NCBI GenBank assembly: GCA_963822895.1
Contig: CAWGJI010000005.1
Span: 51,633-115,632 of the forward strand
Source of the DNA: an uncultured Acidobacteriota bacterium
GTDB lineage: Bacteria > Actinomycetota > Acidimicrobiia > Spongiisociales > ZC4RG35
Length of the DNA: 64,000 bases
Reading direction: 5' to 3'
Part shown: positions 38,577 through 48,273 of the stretch, in pieces
How the letters are laid out: each line of letters opens with the position of its first letter
How positions within the stretch are numbered: position 1 is the first letter of the stretch
Translations under genes and position numbers: made by a program
The notes under the pieces: generated by a model
Told to the model about the DNA's origin: nothing
Databases searched by the model: none
Seen by the model: only the letters and a program-made list of their open reading frames with translations

Positions 38577-38948
38577 GTGGCCAGGAAAATCGCAAAGTCC
38601 ACCGTCGAGAGATTTCGGAAGCGGCTCGAGGAGGAGAGGGATCGACTCCAGACCCTGATCGACGAGTACGAGCAGGAGTTGGAGGAGGCAAGACTGTCCG
38701 AGAGCTCCTCCGACCGAAGCCCGGACCCGGGAAATGCCGAGGCGAGCTCGGCAAAGCTCGAGTATGCCAAGGAGCTGAGCATCGAGCAGAACACCCTGGA
38801 TTTGCTGGACAAGGTCCAACGTGCGCTGGAGAGGATCCAAGACGGCTCGTATGGCACGTGTGAGGTGTGCGGTAAGCCGATACCCATGGCTCGCCTCGAC
38901 GTCCTCCCCTACACCAGCTTCTGCGTCGACGACGCCAGAAAAGCTTGA
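38577..38948 (+). CDS. TraR/DksA-family zinc-finger protein
   Basis: Coiled coil plus ALERIQDGSYGTCEVCGKPIPMARL..P...CVD. Confidence 0.92.
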   Translation: MARKIAKSTVERFRKRLEEERDRLQTLIDEYEQELEEARLSESSSDRSPDPGNAEASSAKLEYAKELSIEQNTLDLLDKVQRALERIQDGSYGTCEVCGKPIPMARLDVLPYTSFCVDDARKA

Positions 38949-39415
38949 TACGGCGTTACCTGCTCGCAGTCGGGCTCGCGTCGGCGATCGTCATACTCGA
39001 CCTCCTCACGAAACGCTATGCGGCGCTCCATTTCACCGGCAACCCGGTGGAGGTGATCCCCGGATTCCTGACGTTCACCTACACCGAGAATCCCGGCTCG
39101 GCGTTCTCGTTCTTCCAGGGTGGCGGAAGTGTCATCGGAGTGATCGTCATAGCCGTCACCGTTGCCGTGCTTTGGGCCCTCCGCAACGATCATCCCAGGC
39201 CGGAGCAGGTTGCCTTCGGCATGATCATCGGCGGTGCGCTCGGAAATCTCGCCGACAGGGTGTTCCGTGGGCCGGGCATGCTCGACGGGAGGGTGATCGA
39301 CTGGATCGATCTGTGGTGGATACCGACGTTCAACGTGGCGGACATGTCGGTCACGTTTGCGGTGGCCGTGTTGATCATCTACGCATGGATCAGCCGTGAT
39401 ACTGCAAGTCCCTGA
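38945..39415 (+). CDS. lspA: lipoprotein signal peptidase
   Basis: DLLTK, NPGSAFS, GGALGNLADR, VIDWI, FNVAD. Confidence 0.96.
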   Translation: MIRRYLLAVGLASAIVILDLLTKRYAALHFTGNPVEVIPGFLTFTYTENPGSAFSFFQGGGSVIGVIVIAVTVAVLWALRNDHPRPEQVAFGMIIGGALGNLADRVFRGPGMLDGRVIDWIDLWWIPTFNVADMSVTFAVAVLIIYAWISRDTASP

Positions 39416-40304
39416 GGAGTTGGATGGTCAGCGGGTTGACAAGGTCCTCGCGGTGTTGCTCGGGGTCTCCCGGGCCGAGGCGCGTTCCCTTGTCGACCGT
39501 GGGGTGAAGTTGAACGGTGTGCCCGTCACCGGATCCGAACGGGTTCGGGCCGGCTCGCAGGTCGACACGCCGAGGCCTCTCGTGGCAGGTGGTCTCGAGC
39601 CCGAGGACGTGGGATTCGGTGTCGTGCACGAGGACCGGGACCTGATCGTGGTCGACAAGCCTTCGGGGGTGGTCGTCCATCCGGGTGCAGGTCATGCAAC
39701 GGGGACGCTTGCCGCCGGGCTGCTGCTTCGCTACCCCGAGTTGGAAGGGGTCGGTGCGGCCGGCCGGTGGGGCCTGGTCCACCGTCTCGATCGCGATACG
39801 TCCGGTCTCTTGCTCGTCGCCCGGAATCAGCGTGCGTTCGAGACGCTCGCGAGCGCTCTGGCAAGACGGGAGATCACCCGCTCATATCTCGCCCTGGTCC
39901 GGGGTGTAGTGGACATCGAGACGGGGACCATCGATGCTCCCATCGGTCGCGACCCTGCACATCCCACTCGCCGAGCCGTCCTCTCCGGCGGAAAGCCTGC
40001 TGTCACGCATTATCGCCTGATCAAGGATTACGCCGTCGAGGATCTCGCTCTCCTGGATGTCACTCTGGAGACGGGTCGCACCCACCAGATAAGGGTCCAT
40101 ATGGCGGCGATCGAGCATCCGGTGCTCGGCGACCCCTCCTACGGCAGACCCGGTCCCGGTGTGGTGGCGCCTCGAGTGTTCCTCCACGCACACCGTCTGG
40201 CTCTTCGCCATCCCGACACCGGGCACCGCGTCGAGTTCGAGTCGCCACTTCCCGATGACTTGCGACGGGTGCTCGAGCAGCTCGGCGGCCCGGTTCCCCA
40301 ATAA
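39396..40304 (+). CDS. RluA/RluD-family pseudouridine synthase
   Basis: S4 domain, DKPSGVVVHP, VHRLDRDTSG, LETGRTHQIRVH. Confidence 0.96.
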   Translation: MILQVPEELDGQRVDKVLAVLLGVSRAEARSLVDRGVKLNGVPVTGSERVRAGSQVDTPRPLVAGGLEPEDVGFGVVHEDRDLIVVDKPSGVVVHPGAGHATGTLAAGLLLRYPELEGVGAAGRWGLVHRLDRDTSGLLLVARNQRAFETLASALARREITRSYLALVRGVVDIETGTIDAPIGRDPAHPTRRAVLSGGKPAVTHYRLIKDYAVEDLALLDVTLETGRTHQIRVHMAAIEHPVLGDPSYGRPGPGVVAPRVFLHAHRLALRHPDTGHRVEFESPLPDDLRRVLEQLGGPVPQ

Positions 40305-40334
40305 TCGGGCAATGGCTCTACCGTTTCTCCCACA

Positions 40335-41174
40335 GTGACCCAGGACCCGACCACAGCCGCCTCTGTCTGTTATCGACACCCGGATCGCGAGACATTGCTC
40401 AGCTGCAGCAGGTGTGGCCGTCCGATCTGCGCCGATTGCTCGACGGATGCAGCCGTTGGCCAGAGATGCCCCGAGTGTCTCAAGGAAGAAGGTGTCCAAA
40501 AGGTCATTCCGACCGGCCCGAGACGGTCGACGATGTCCTCTTTGGCGTCCAGTGGGGCTCCGGCCACGCTCACCATCATCGGTATCTGTGTCCTCTTCTA
40601 TGTCCTGGGATTGTTGGGCCTCGACCAAGAGTTGGTACGGAGGTTCGCCCAGATCAATCTGGCGGTGGCGGCAGGGGAGTGGTGGCGCATCTTCACGGTC
40701 GTCCTACTCCACGGGTCCTTCACCCACATCCTCTTCAACATGTGGGCGTTGTGGGTGCTCGGGCCCCAAATCGAGCGCGGTGTCGGCACCTGGCCATTCG
40801 TCAGCCTGTTCGTAGCCTCGGCGGGTGTTGGTGGCGCCTTTGCCTTCCATATGGGCCAGCTCGGCGACGTCGGTGTCGGGGCATCCGGGGCGATCTTCGG
40901 CCTGTTCGGCATTTGGTTGAGCTGGGCGTTGCATCGACGTGGAACCTTGCAGGGTCGCGCCATCCTGGGTCAGCTCCTGTTCCTGCTGCTGATCAACGCC
41001 GCCATCCCGTTCCTATTTCGCAACATCTCCTGGCAGGCGCATCTCGGCGGTTTGCTCACGGGTTTGGTGATAGGTGAGATCTGGAGCCGGGTTCGAGGCC
41101 CCAATGCAGAGAGACTACGAACGCTGGTGGGTGTCGTGTTCGCCGTCCTCGCCGTGGTGGCCGTCTCGATCTGA
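40335..41174 (+). CDS. rhomboid intramembrane serine protease with N-terminal B-box-like zinc finger
   Basis: CYRHPDRE..CSRCGRPIC..C..C..C; EWWR, HILFNM, GASG, AHLGG. Confidence 0.95.
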   Translation: MTQDPTTAASVCYRHPDRETLLSCSRCGRPICADCSTDAAVGQRCPECLKEEGVQKVIPTGPRRSTMSSLASSGAPATLTIIGICVLFYVLGLLGLDQELVRRFAQINLAVAAGEWWRIFTVVLLHGSFTHILFNMWALWVLGPQIERGVGTWPFVSLFVASAGVGGAFAFHMGQLGDVGVGASGAIFGLFGIWLSWALHRRGTLQGRAILGQLLFLLLINAAIPFLFRNISWQAHLGGLLTGLVIGEIWSRVRGPNAERLRTLVGVVFAVLAVVAVSI

Positions 41175-41209
41175 CACATCCAGGGAACTCTGCCTGGCAG
41201 ACTCTGCTG

Positions 41210-41737
41210 GTGATCCAAACGGTTTCGACCGGCGACATGTCACCCGACACACTCGTACAAATCCGCTCAGTCGTGGATGCGGCGTTCGGCTCGGGGTTCT
41301 CCGACGATGATTGGGATCATGCCCTCGACGGATGCCATGTCGTCGTGTTCGAGGAGGATCTGGTCATCGGGCACGCCGCGGTCGTGCCGAGGGTGATCGA
41401 GACGGCCGGCCGGCAATTCCATACCGGCTATGTGGAGGCCATGGCCGTCGACCCTGCCCGGCAAAGGAATGGGATCGGCTCTGGAGTCATGATCGACGTC
41501 GAACGCGTGATCCGCTCCAGCTTCGAGCTGGGGGCGCTGTCCTCCAATGCAGACGGCTTCTACGAGCGATTGGGTTGGGAGCGGTGGCTGGGGCCGACGT
41601 ATGTGCGTGACAGCGGCCGACAGGCGCGGACCCGAGAGGACGACGGGGGAGTCTTCGTGCTCCGATTCGGTCCCAGCGGCGCGATCGATCTGAGGGCCGG
41701 CATCTCCTGTGAAGCACGCTCGGGAGACCACTGGTGA
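41210..41737 (+). CDS. aminoglycoside 2'-N-acetyltransferase AAC(2')-I-like GNAT
   Basis: FSDDDWDHALDG, GHAAVV.R, TGYVEAMAV, LGALS, GWERWLGPT, DDGGV, R.GDHW. Confidence 0.85.
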   Translation: MIQTVSTGDMSPDTLVQIRSVVDAAFGSGFSDDDWDHALDGCHVVVFEEDLVIGHAAVVPRVIETAGRQFHTGYVEAMAVDPARQRNGIGSGVMIDVERVIRSSFELGALSSNADGFYERLGWERWLGPTYVRDSGRQARTREDDGGVFVLRFGPSGAIDLRAGISCEARSGDHW

Positions 41738-41842
41738 GCTGGGCCAGGGGCCGCCGCGGTTACTTCGCCGAGAGTGGCGGGTCGCCGCACGAGGTCTAAG
41801 GTGACGAACTACAGTCGTGTAAGTCGCCGAGTAGTCCAAAAA

Positions 41843-44800
41843 GTGTCATTCGCACATCTCCATCTCCACACCGAATACTCCATGCTCGACGGTGCGGCAC
41901 GGATCAAGGACGTCGTGGCGGCCGCCGCTGCCGACGGGCAGCCGGCAATCGCCATCACGGATCATGGCGTCCTCTACGGGGTCGTCGACTTCGTCAAGGC
42001 TGCCAAGACGGTGGGGATCAAGCCGATCATCGGTATCGAGGCGTACCTGACCGAGGGCTCCAGGTTCGACCGCCCTGTCGGAGCGGCCAACAAGCGGTTC
42101 CACATGAATCTCCTGGCGAAGGACCAGACCGGATACCAAAACCTGCTGCAACTCTCGTCGAGGGCGTTTCTCGAGGGTTACTACTACAAGCCGCGCATGG
42201 ACTTCGAACTGCTGGCCGAGCACGCCAAGGGCCTCATCGCCACCAGCGGCTGTCTCGGCGGGTTGGTACCCCAACTACTGGCCCCCGACTCGGTCAGCGA
42301 AGAGGGAAACAAGGGCCAGATGAGGGATTTCGACGCGGCGCTGCGGGCGGCGGCCAGATTCCAGGACATCTTCGGCCGGGACAACTTCTTCATCGAGATC
42401 CAGAACCACGGGCTCCAAGCACAGGAGTCGATCATGGAGGACCTTCTCCAAATATCGAAGACGCTCGACGCACCACTGCTGGCCACCAACGATGCGCACT
42501 ACACCCGCAGGTCGGAGCACGAGAGCCATGATGTCCTCCTCTGCATCCAGACCGGATCACAACGGGACGATCCCGGTCGTCTCAGATTCGAAGGCTCCGA
42601 GCATTATCTGAAGACCGCAGAGGAGATGCGGCTCCTCTTCCCGGACGACGTCTTCCCCGGTGCGTGCGACAACACCCTGTGGATAGCCGAGCGATCTCAG
42701 GTCGATCTGGATTTCGGCAACATATTGCTCCCGAGCTTCCCGGTGCCACAGGGTGAGACCGAGGTGAGCTACCTGCGCAGCCTCGTCGACCGAGGAGCGC
42801 GCGAGCGTTACGGGTCGAGCCCGTCTCCCGTCGTCACCGACCGCATCGAGCACGAGTTGAAGATCATCGAGGAAATGGGATTTCCCGCCTACTTCCTCAT
42901 CGTCTGGGACTTGATCCGCCATGCCCGGGAGAATGGGATCAGGGTCGGTCCCGGTCGTGGCTCGGCCGCCGGTTCCATCGTCTCCTATTGCCTCCGCATC
43001 ACCGACATCGACCCACTCGAGTACGGGCTCATCTTCGAGCGGTTCCTCAACCCGAGTCGTCGTCAGATGCCTGACATCGACATGGATTTCGACGAGCGTC
43101 ACCGGTCCGAGATGATCCAGTACGCGGCCACCAAGTACGGTGCCGACCGGGTCGCCCAGATCGTGACTTTCTCCACCATCAAGGGGAAGCAGGCCATCCG
43201 AGACGCGGCTCGAGTCCTGGGGCACCCGTACGGCGTCGGGGACAGGGTGGCAAAGGCGATGCCTCCGCCGATCCTGGGCCGCGAGGCGACCCTGGAGCAG
43301 GTGCTGACCCAGCCCTCTCCGGAAGCGGACTCGACCGTCAAAGACTGGTATGCGAATGCCCAGGGACTCCGAGACATGTACGAGGCGGATCCCGCCGTTC
43401 GTGAAACAGTTGATGCGGCAAGGGGCCTGGAGGGACTTCGTCGCCAGGACTCGATACACGCGGCGGCGGTCGTCATCGCTCCCGAGCCCCTGATCAACAT
43501 CGTTCCCATCCAGCAGAAGGGTGAGGGCGCCGAGGTCGTGACTCAGTACGAGATGTACGGCGTCGAGTCCCTCGGTCTTCTCAAGATGGACTTCCTCGGT
43601 TTGCGCAACCTCTCGATCATCGAGCGTTGTCTCGAGCTCGTGGAGGAGACGACGGGGAGCCGACTCGACATCGACTCGATCCCTTTGGACGACCAGAAGA
43701 CCTTCGAGCTGCTCCAGTCGGGCAACACCATCGGAGTCTTCCAACTCGAGGGCAATGCGATGCGTTCGCTGATCCGATCGCTGAGACCGGACTCTTTCAA
43801 CGACGTGGTCGCACTGGTCGCGCTCTATCGACCCGGCCCGATGGGCGCCAACATGCACACCCTGTATGCCGACCGGAAGAATGGCCGGGCACCCATCGAA
43901 GAACTGCATCCGGCCGTCACCGAGAAACTCGCGGAGACCTATCAGATCATGGTCTATCAGGAACAGGTCATGCAGGTTGCCCAGGAGATCGCCGGGTATT
44001 CGATGGCCGATGCCGACGAGCTGAGACGGGCCATGGGCAAGAAGATCAAATCGGTGATGCTGGCCGAAGAAGAGAAGTTCGTCGCCGGTTGTCTGGCTCA
44101 GGGCTACACCGAAGAAGTCGGGCGAGAGATCTTTGGCCTGATCGAGCATTTCGCCGGCTACGGGTTCAACAAGTCGCACTCGGCCGGATATGGCCTGGTC
44201 GCCTATCAGACCGCGTATCTGAAGGCCCACCATCCGGCTGAATACCTGGCGGCGATCCTCACTGCGACGAAGAAGGACAAGGATCGCACGGCGGTCTACC
44301 TGAATGAGTGCCGTCAGATGGGGATAAAGGTCCTGGTACCCGACGTCAACGAGTCGGACTCGGACTTCACCGTGAGGGATGAGCGGATCAGATTTGGCCT
44401 CAGCGCCGTCCGCAATGTCGGCGAAGGTGTCGTTGAGAAGATCGTCGAGGCGCGGTCTGAAGATCCCTTCACGTCCTTCCAGGACTTCGTCGACCGCGTG
44501 GACGCCTCCGCCTTGAACAAGAGGACGGTGGAGTCTCTGATCAAGGCCGGTGCCTTCGACGGGGCCGGGGCGACCCGAAAGGGCCTGACCCTGGTCTACG
44601 AGCAGGTACTCGACGCAACTCTCGAGCGACGGCGTAACGAGGACATGGGCCAATTCAGCCTCTTTGCCGGCGATACGGATGCGGTAGCCGAGACGAGGGT
44701 CGACATCCCTCAGCTGGTCTGGCCGCAGAAGATCCGGCTCGCCTTCGAGAAGGAGATGCTTGGCCTGTATGTCTCGGACCACCCTCTGCTCTCGGTTGGG

Positions 44801-45340
44801 CCCTCATTGGCCGCGGCGACTTCAACGACGATCAGTCAACTGGAGGATCTGACCGACAAGGCGAATGTCATGGTTGGCGGGCTGGTGGCGTCGATCACGC
44901 GGCGATGGACCCGAAATGGGGACCCGATGCTCTTCTGTCAATTGGAGGACCTGGAGGGATCCGTCGAGGTGGTCGCATTCCCGAGAACGGTCCACGACTA
45001 CGGGCATTTGATCGTCGAAGACGCAGTGCTCGTGGTCAGCGGATACCTGGATCATCGCGGCGACGAGGTGAAAGTGATGGCACGCGAGGTAAAGGAGCTC
45101 GAGGTCAAAGACAACTCGATGGTCCGGCTGAGGGCCCCCGCGGCGACTCTCACTCCGGAATTGGTGTCTCGGCTGAAGAAGATCCTCTCCAACCACCCCG
45201 GCTCATCGCAGGTCCTCCTCAACATGACCAGCGATCAAGGTGTCAAGGTCCTAAAGCTCAGCGATGATCACCGGGTCGAGCCGAGGACGGCCTTGTTCGC
45301 CGAGCTGAAGGAGCTGCTCGGTCCGAGCGCGATCCTCTGA
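41843..45340 (+). CDS. dnaE: DNA polymerase III alpha subunit
   Basis: FAHLHLHTEYSMLDG (PHP), GRGSAAGS, MPDIDMDF, KMDFLGL, FAGYGFNKSH, OB fold; normal length. Confidence 0.98.
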   Translation: MSFAHLHLHTEYSMLDGAARIKDVVAAAAADGQPAIAITDHGVLYGVVDFVKAAKTVGIKPIIGIEAYLTEGSRFDRPVGAANKRFHMNLLAKDQTGYQNLLQLSSRAFLEGYYYKPRMDFELLAEHAKGLIATSGCLGGLVPQLLAPDSVSEEGNKGQMRDFDAALRAAARFQDIFGRDNFFIEIQNHGLQAQESIMEDLLQISKTLDAPLLATNDAHYTRRSEHESHDVLLCIQTGSQRDDPGRLRFEGSEHYLKTAEEMRLLFPDDVFPGACDNTLWIAERSQVDLDFGNILLPSFPVPQGETEVSYLRSLVDRGARERYGSSPSPVVTDRIEHELKIIEEMGFPAYFLIVWDLIRHARENGIRVGPGRGSAAGSIVSYCLRITDIDPLEYGLIFERFLNPSRRQMPDIDMDFDERHRSEMIQYAATKYGADRVAQIVTFSTIKGKQAIRDAARVLGHPYGVGDRVAKAMPPPILGREATLEQVLTQPSPEADSTVKDWYANAQGLRDMYEADPAVRETVDAARGLEGLRRQDSIHAAAVVIAPEPLINIVPIQQKGEGAEVVTQYEMYGVESLGLLKMDFLGLRNLSIIERCLELVEETTGSRLDIDSIPLDDQKTFELLQSGNTIGVFQLEGNAMRSLIRSLRPDSFNDVVALVALYRPGPMGANMHTLYADRKNGRAPIEELHPAVTEKLAETYQIMVYQEQVMQVAQEIAGYSMADADELRRAMGKKIKSVMLAEEEKFVAGCLAQGYTEEVGREIFGLIEHFAGYGFNKSHSAGYGLVAYQTAYLKAHHPAEYLAAILTATKKDKDRTAVYLNECRQMGIKVLVPDVNESDSDFTVRDERIRFGLSAVRNVGEGVVEKIVEARSEDPFTSFQDFVDRVDASALNKRTVESLIKAGAFDGAGATRKGLTLVYEQVLDATLERRRNEDMGQFSLFAGDTDAVAETRVDIPQLVWPQKIRLAFEKEMLGLYVSDHPLLSVGPSLAAATSTTISQLEDLTDKANVMVGGLVASITRRWTRNGDPMLFCQLEDLEGSVEVVAFPRTVHDYGHLIVEDAVLVVSGYLDHRGDEVKVMAREVKELEVKDNSMVRLRAPAATLTPELVSRLKKILSNHPGSSQVLLNMTSDQGVKVLKLSDDHRVEPRTALFAELKELLGPSAIL

Positions 45341-46150
45341 TCAACCTCGCCGGGGCCAGAGTTGGCGTTTTGCCATCTGGGCAAGGGCACTCGATCGTCC
45401 ATGCTTCCTGCCGATCGCGTAGGCGCTCGCCACTGCCGCCGCTGCGACACTGCTGAGGGCGCTGACCGCAATCGCCCGTTTCGTCTTCCTCGCAAAGATG
45501 ACAACGGGCCATCCCCGCTCATGGGAGATCGCATCGAGGTCGGAGTCCGGGTTCACGGCCACGGGATGACCGACCGCCTCCATCATGGGGAGGTCGGATA
45601 TGGAGTCTGAATAGGCGTAGCTCAACTCGAGGTCGTATCCGCGGTCGGCGGCGAGCTTTCCGATCGCCTCCACCTTGCCTGCGCCATAGACGAAGGGGCC
45701 GTCGAGGTCACCTGTGTAATGGCCGGCAACGACCTTCCCCCTGGTTCCCACAGCCCCGGTCATGCCCAGGGAGCGGGCCAGCGGCTCGACGATCTCGTGT
45801 GGTGATGCGGAGACGATCCAGGTGTCCCTCCCGGCCTCGTGGTGCATCTTGACCAGCTTGCGCGACTCCGGCCGAACCCGTGAGACGAGCTTTGGCAGCA
45901 CGGCCGTCCCCACCTGTTCCAGGGCTTGCACCGAGGCACCGGAGATACTGGTCAGGAAGTCGCTCCGAACGTTGTCGGATGCGTCACCCTTGTCGCCAAA
46001 GAGGAGGAACGTGAGCGCCGCCATCGCCCAGCCTCCGATGTCGGAATTGGAGGCAAGGCCTTGACGCCAGGCTTCGACCCCGAGCGGGAAGGCCGAGGCG
46101 CCGGCGATCAGGGTCCTGTCCAAATCGAAGAATGCGGCTGAATTCGCCAT
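45341..46150 (-). CDS. HAD-IB family hydrolase (SerB-like)
   Basis: AAFFDLDRTL, IVSAS, GK, YAYSDSISDLPM, AVNPD; hydrophobic C-terminal helix. Confidence 0.92.
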   Translation of the reverse strand: MANSAAFFDLDRTLIAGASAFPLGVEAWRQGLASNSDIGGWAMAALTFLLFGDKGDASDNVRSDFLTSISGASVQALEQVGTAVLPKLVSRVRPESRKLVKMHHEAGRDTWIVSASPHEIVEPLARSLGMTGAVGTRGKVVAGHYTGDLDGPFVYGAGKVEAIGKLAADRGYDLELSYAYSDSISDLPMMEAVGHPVAVNPDSDLDAISHERGWPVVIFARKTKRAIAVSALSSVAAAAVASAYAIGRKHGRSSALAQMAKRQLWPRRG

Positions 46151-46154
46151 GTCC

Positions 46155-47189
46155 TCAGGATATGCCCACTTCGGCCCAAGGCAATGCATCAGCGGCGTCG
46201 ATGAGGGCGGCCAGGCCGTTCAGGTCGGTGGGTGGGGCGGGCGACCACGGAACGGTGGCCACGTGTGCCCCGTACCGGGTCGAAAACTCGATCCGGGTGT
46301 CACGTTGGCGCACGGTCTCGGCGCTCCACCGCGTCAGGTTCTGCTCCAGTTCTGGCGAGGTGCCTGCCGGCGCCACGGCATTCGCCCACGATTCAGGCAG
46401 TACTCGATTGAAGATGACGGCGGCAGGGACCGAGGCGATCGCGGGCAGATCTCGATAGAACTTGATCGCCTCGCGCACCGGTGCCGGATCCGATGTGGTG
46501 ACCACGAAGATGGCGGCGGTGCGCAGCACTCCCTCGATTTCCCGGCCGCGTCGGGAAACGCCGTCATATGTGGTTCGCAGATCGAGTAGGAACTCGGCCA
46601 CCCGCTCCAACAGGTCGGATCCGAGGATCGAATCGGCCATGCGGAGAACCGGTCGCGCCGCCCTGTTGAAGAAGAGCCGCCTGCCCGGCAGCGGACCGCC
46701 GGTGATCCAGCGAAGCAGGCGCCCGCCGACGAGGTCAGCCATTTGCGCCGGCGCGGTGAAGAAGTCGATACCGCCGCCGGACGGGGGTGTGTCGACCACC
46801 ACGAGGTCCCATGCCCTGGCCTGTACGTAGGTGGCCGCCTGATCGGCCGCGGCGTACGACTGTGATGCGGGGAAGTGCTCGGATGCCGCCCTGAAGAATT
46901 CGTTGTCGGCGAGGCGTGCTGCCACTTCGGGCTCGGCGTGGCGCACCGCCACCGCCCGCCAGGACGCCGAGGAGTCGAGCATTGCCGCCCACAGATTGGG
47001 CTCGTCACGGTGAGGTTGGGGCTCGTTGCCCAGGTTCTCGACCCCAAGGGCCGTGGCAAGCCGGCGAGCGGGGTCGACGGTGACCACGAGGGTGCGCATG
47101 CCGCCTTGTGCCGCTTTCACCGCCAGGGCCGCGGCAAGGGTCGTTTTGCCGACACCACCCGCACCCGTTATCAGGAGTGTCGTCGTCAT
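46155..47189 (-). CDS. ArsA/Get3-like ATPase (Rv3680/BagB-like)
   Basis: GAGGVGKTT, TVDPARRLATALG, VVDTPP. Confidence 0.88.
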   Translation of the reverse strand: MTTTLLITGAGGVGKTTLAAALAVKAAQGGMRTLVVTVDPARRLATALGVENLGNEPQPHRDEPNLWAAMLDSSASWRAVAVRHAEPEVAARLADNEFFRAASEHFPASQSYAAADQAATYVQARAWDLVVVDTPPSGGGIDFFTAPAQMADLVGGRLLRWITGGPLPGRRLFFNRAARPVLRMADSILGSDLLERVAEFLLDLRTTYDGVSRRGREIEGVLRTAAIFVVTTSDPAPVREAIKFYRDLPAIASVPAAVIFNRVLPESWANAVAPAGTSPELEQNLTRWSAETVRQRDTRIEFSTRYGAHVATVPWSPAPPTDLNGLAALIDAADALPWAEVGIS

Positions 47190-48031
47190 GTCATCGTCTC
47201 GAACTCGTCTGACATGTGAGCGGCGACCTCGCCCGGGGTGAACAAACCGTACAGATAGGGCAGCTGGTGATCGTAGGGCAGCAAGGGGAGCCATCGTTGC
47301 TGCTCGGACCAGAGTGATCGCTGGAGCTGGGCCGCCTCTCCGACCGCCCCGGATGGCGTAGCTTCGTCTATCAGCGCCTCGAGCACGCGATTGGCGATCA
47401 AGGTCGGTGGGCCAACCAGATCTTCACCGCTGATCCAATCGATCGTCTGCATCGTCTCGGTCGTCGGGAGCTCCTCGGGAATCGTGACGAGGATCAGTGC
47501 GGTCTGCGTCGGATCCCTGAGCGTCTCCTGCATTCGATCCGCCTGTGAGCGGACCCGGCCCGAGGGGACGAGCTCGGCGATCGTTTGCGGGCCCCTGAGA
47601 TATGAGCCGATTTGGCCGGTGGGCGGGGCGTCGGCGATCACCACGTCCCACTTGTCCTCCCTGACCTCCCAGATGGCTTTGCCAATAGTGATGATCTCGC
47701 GGATTCCGGGAGCAGCCGTTGCGAGTGCGTCGAAAGCACGCGCCAGTGGCCCGAAACGCGTTATTCCCCTGATATTGAGTTGGAGGGCGAGATACTCGAG
47801 CAGCGCCTCGGATCTGACCATCCTCATCGCATGCAGACCCGGGCGCACTTCCCTTGGCTCGAAGTCGAGCGGCCCGGTGCCGAAATGTGCCGAGAGGCCG
47901 CCCGAGGATGCCATCTCCATGGCCAGGACGCGCAGGCCTCTTCTCTGTGCCAGCAGAGAGAGCCCGGCCGTCACCGCTGACTTGCCCACCCCTCCCTTGC
48001 CCGAGACGAGGAGCAGGCGATGATCCAGCAC
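47186..48031 (-). CDS. ArsA/Get3-like ATPase (Rv3679/BagA-like)
   Basis: SGKGGVGKS, AAPGIREIITIGK, DAPPTG, VTIPEELP. Confidence 0.88.
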   Translation of the reverse strand: MLDHRLLLVSGKGGVGKSAVTAGLSLLAQRRGLRVLAMEMASSGGLSAHFGTGPLDFEPREVRPGLHAMRMVRSEALLEYLALQLNIRGITRFGPLARAFDALATAAPGIREIITIGKAIWEVREDKWDVVIADAPPTGQIGSYLRGPQTIAELVPSGRVRSQADRMQETLRDPTQTALILVTIPEELPTTETMQTIDWISGEDLVGPPTLIANRVLEALIDEATPSGAVGEAAQLQRSLWSEQQRWLPLLPYDHQLPYLYGLFTPGEVAAHMSDEFETMT

Positions 48032-48037
48032 TCCCGG

Positions 48038-48256
48038 TCAGCCGGAGCCGCCGAGCGGAATGCGCAAGACCAGCCTGCCCTCTTCCACGCTCCACTCAGC
48101 CGTGCCAATGAGGGCGTAGTCCGTGTAGTCGGTCTCAGCTTGCTCGACGAACTTCCGTCGCTCATCACCGGCCACGGGAGGCAACGGCCTGTCCTTGACG
48201 GCCGCCGCTCGCTCCTTGAATCTGGTCAGCATTGCGTCGACATCGAATTGAGCCAT
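48038..48256 (-). CDS. small hypothetical protein
   Basis: 72 aa; TAGCGT -10 element 6 nt before the ATG; ends 6 bp before the ATPase pair. Confidence 0.75.
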   Translation of the reverse strand: MAQFDVDAMLTRFKERAAAVKDRPLPPVAGDERRKFVEQAETDYTDYALIGTAEWSVEEGRLVLRIPLGGSG

Positions 48257-48273
48257 ATGGGAACGCTACCGCG

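Noticed and set aside
42557-44782. 741-aa antisense ORF opposite dnaE (similar cases: 48232-50103, 52380-54440, 26939-28396, 28615-29919)
   Set aside because: Shadow ORFs expected from high-GC codon bias; no motifs, and the opposite strand or another frame carries conserved genes
41843-45340. Intein or split in dnaE
   Set aside because: Normal length, continuous motifs, no intein splice signatures seen
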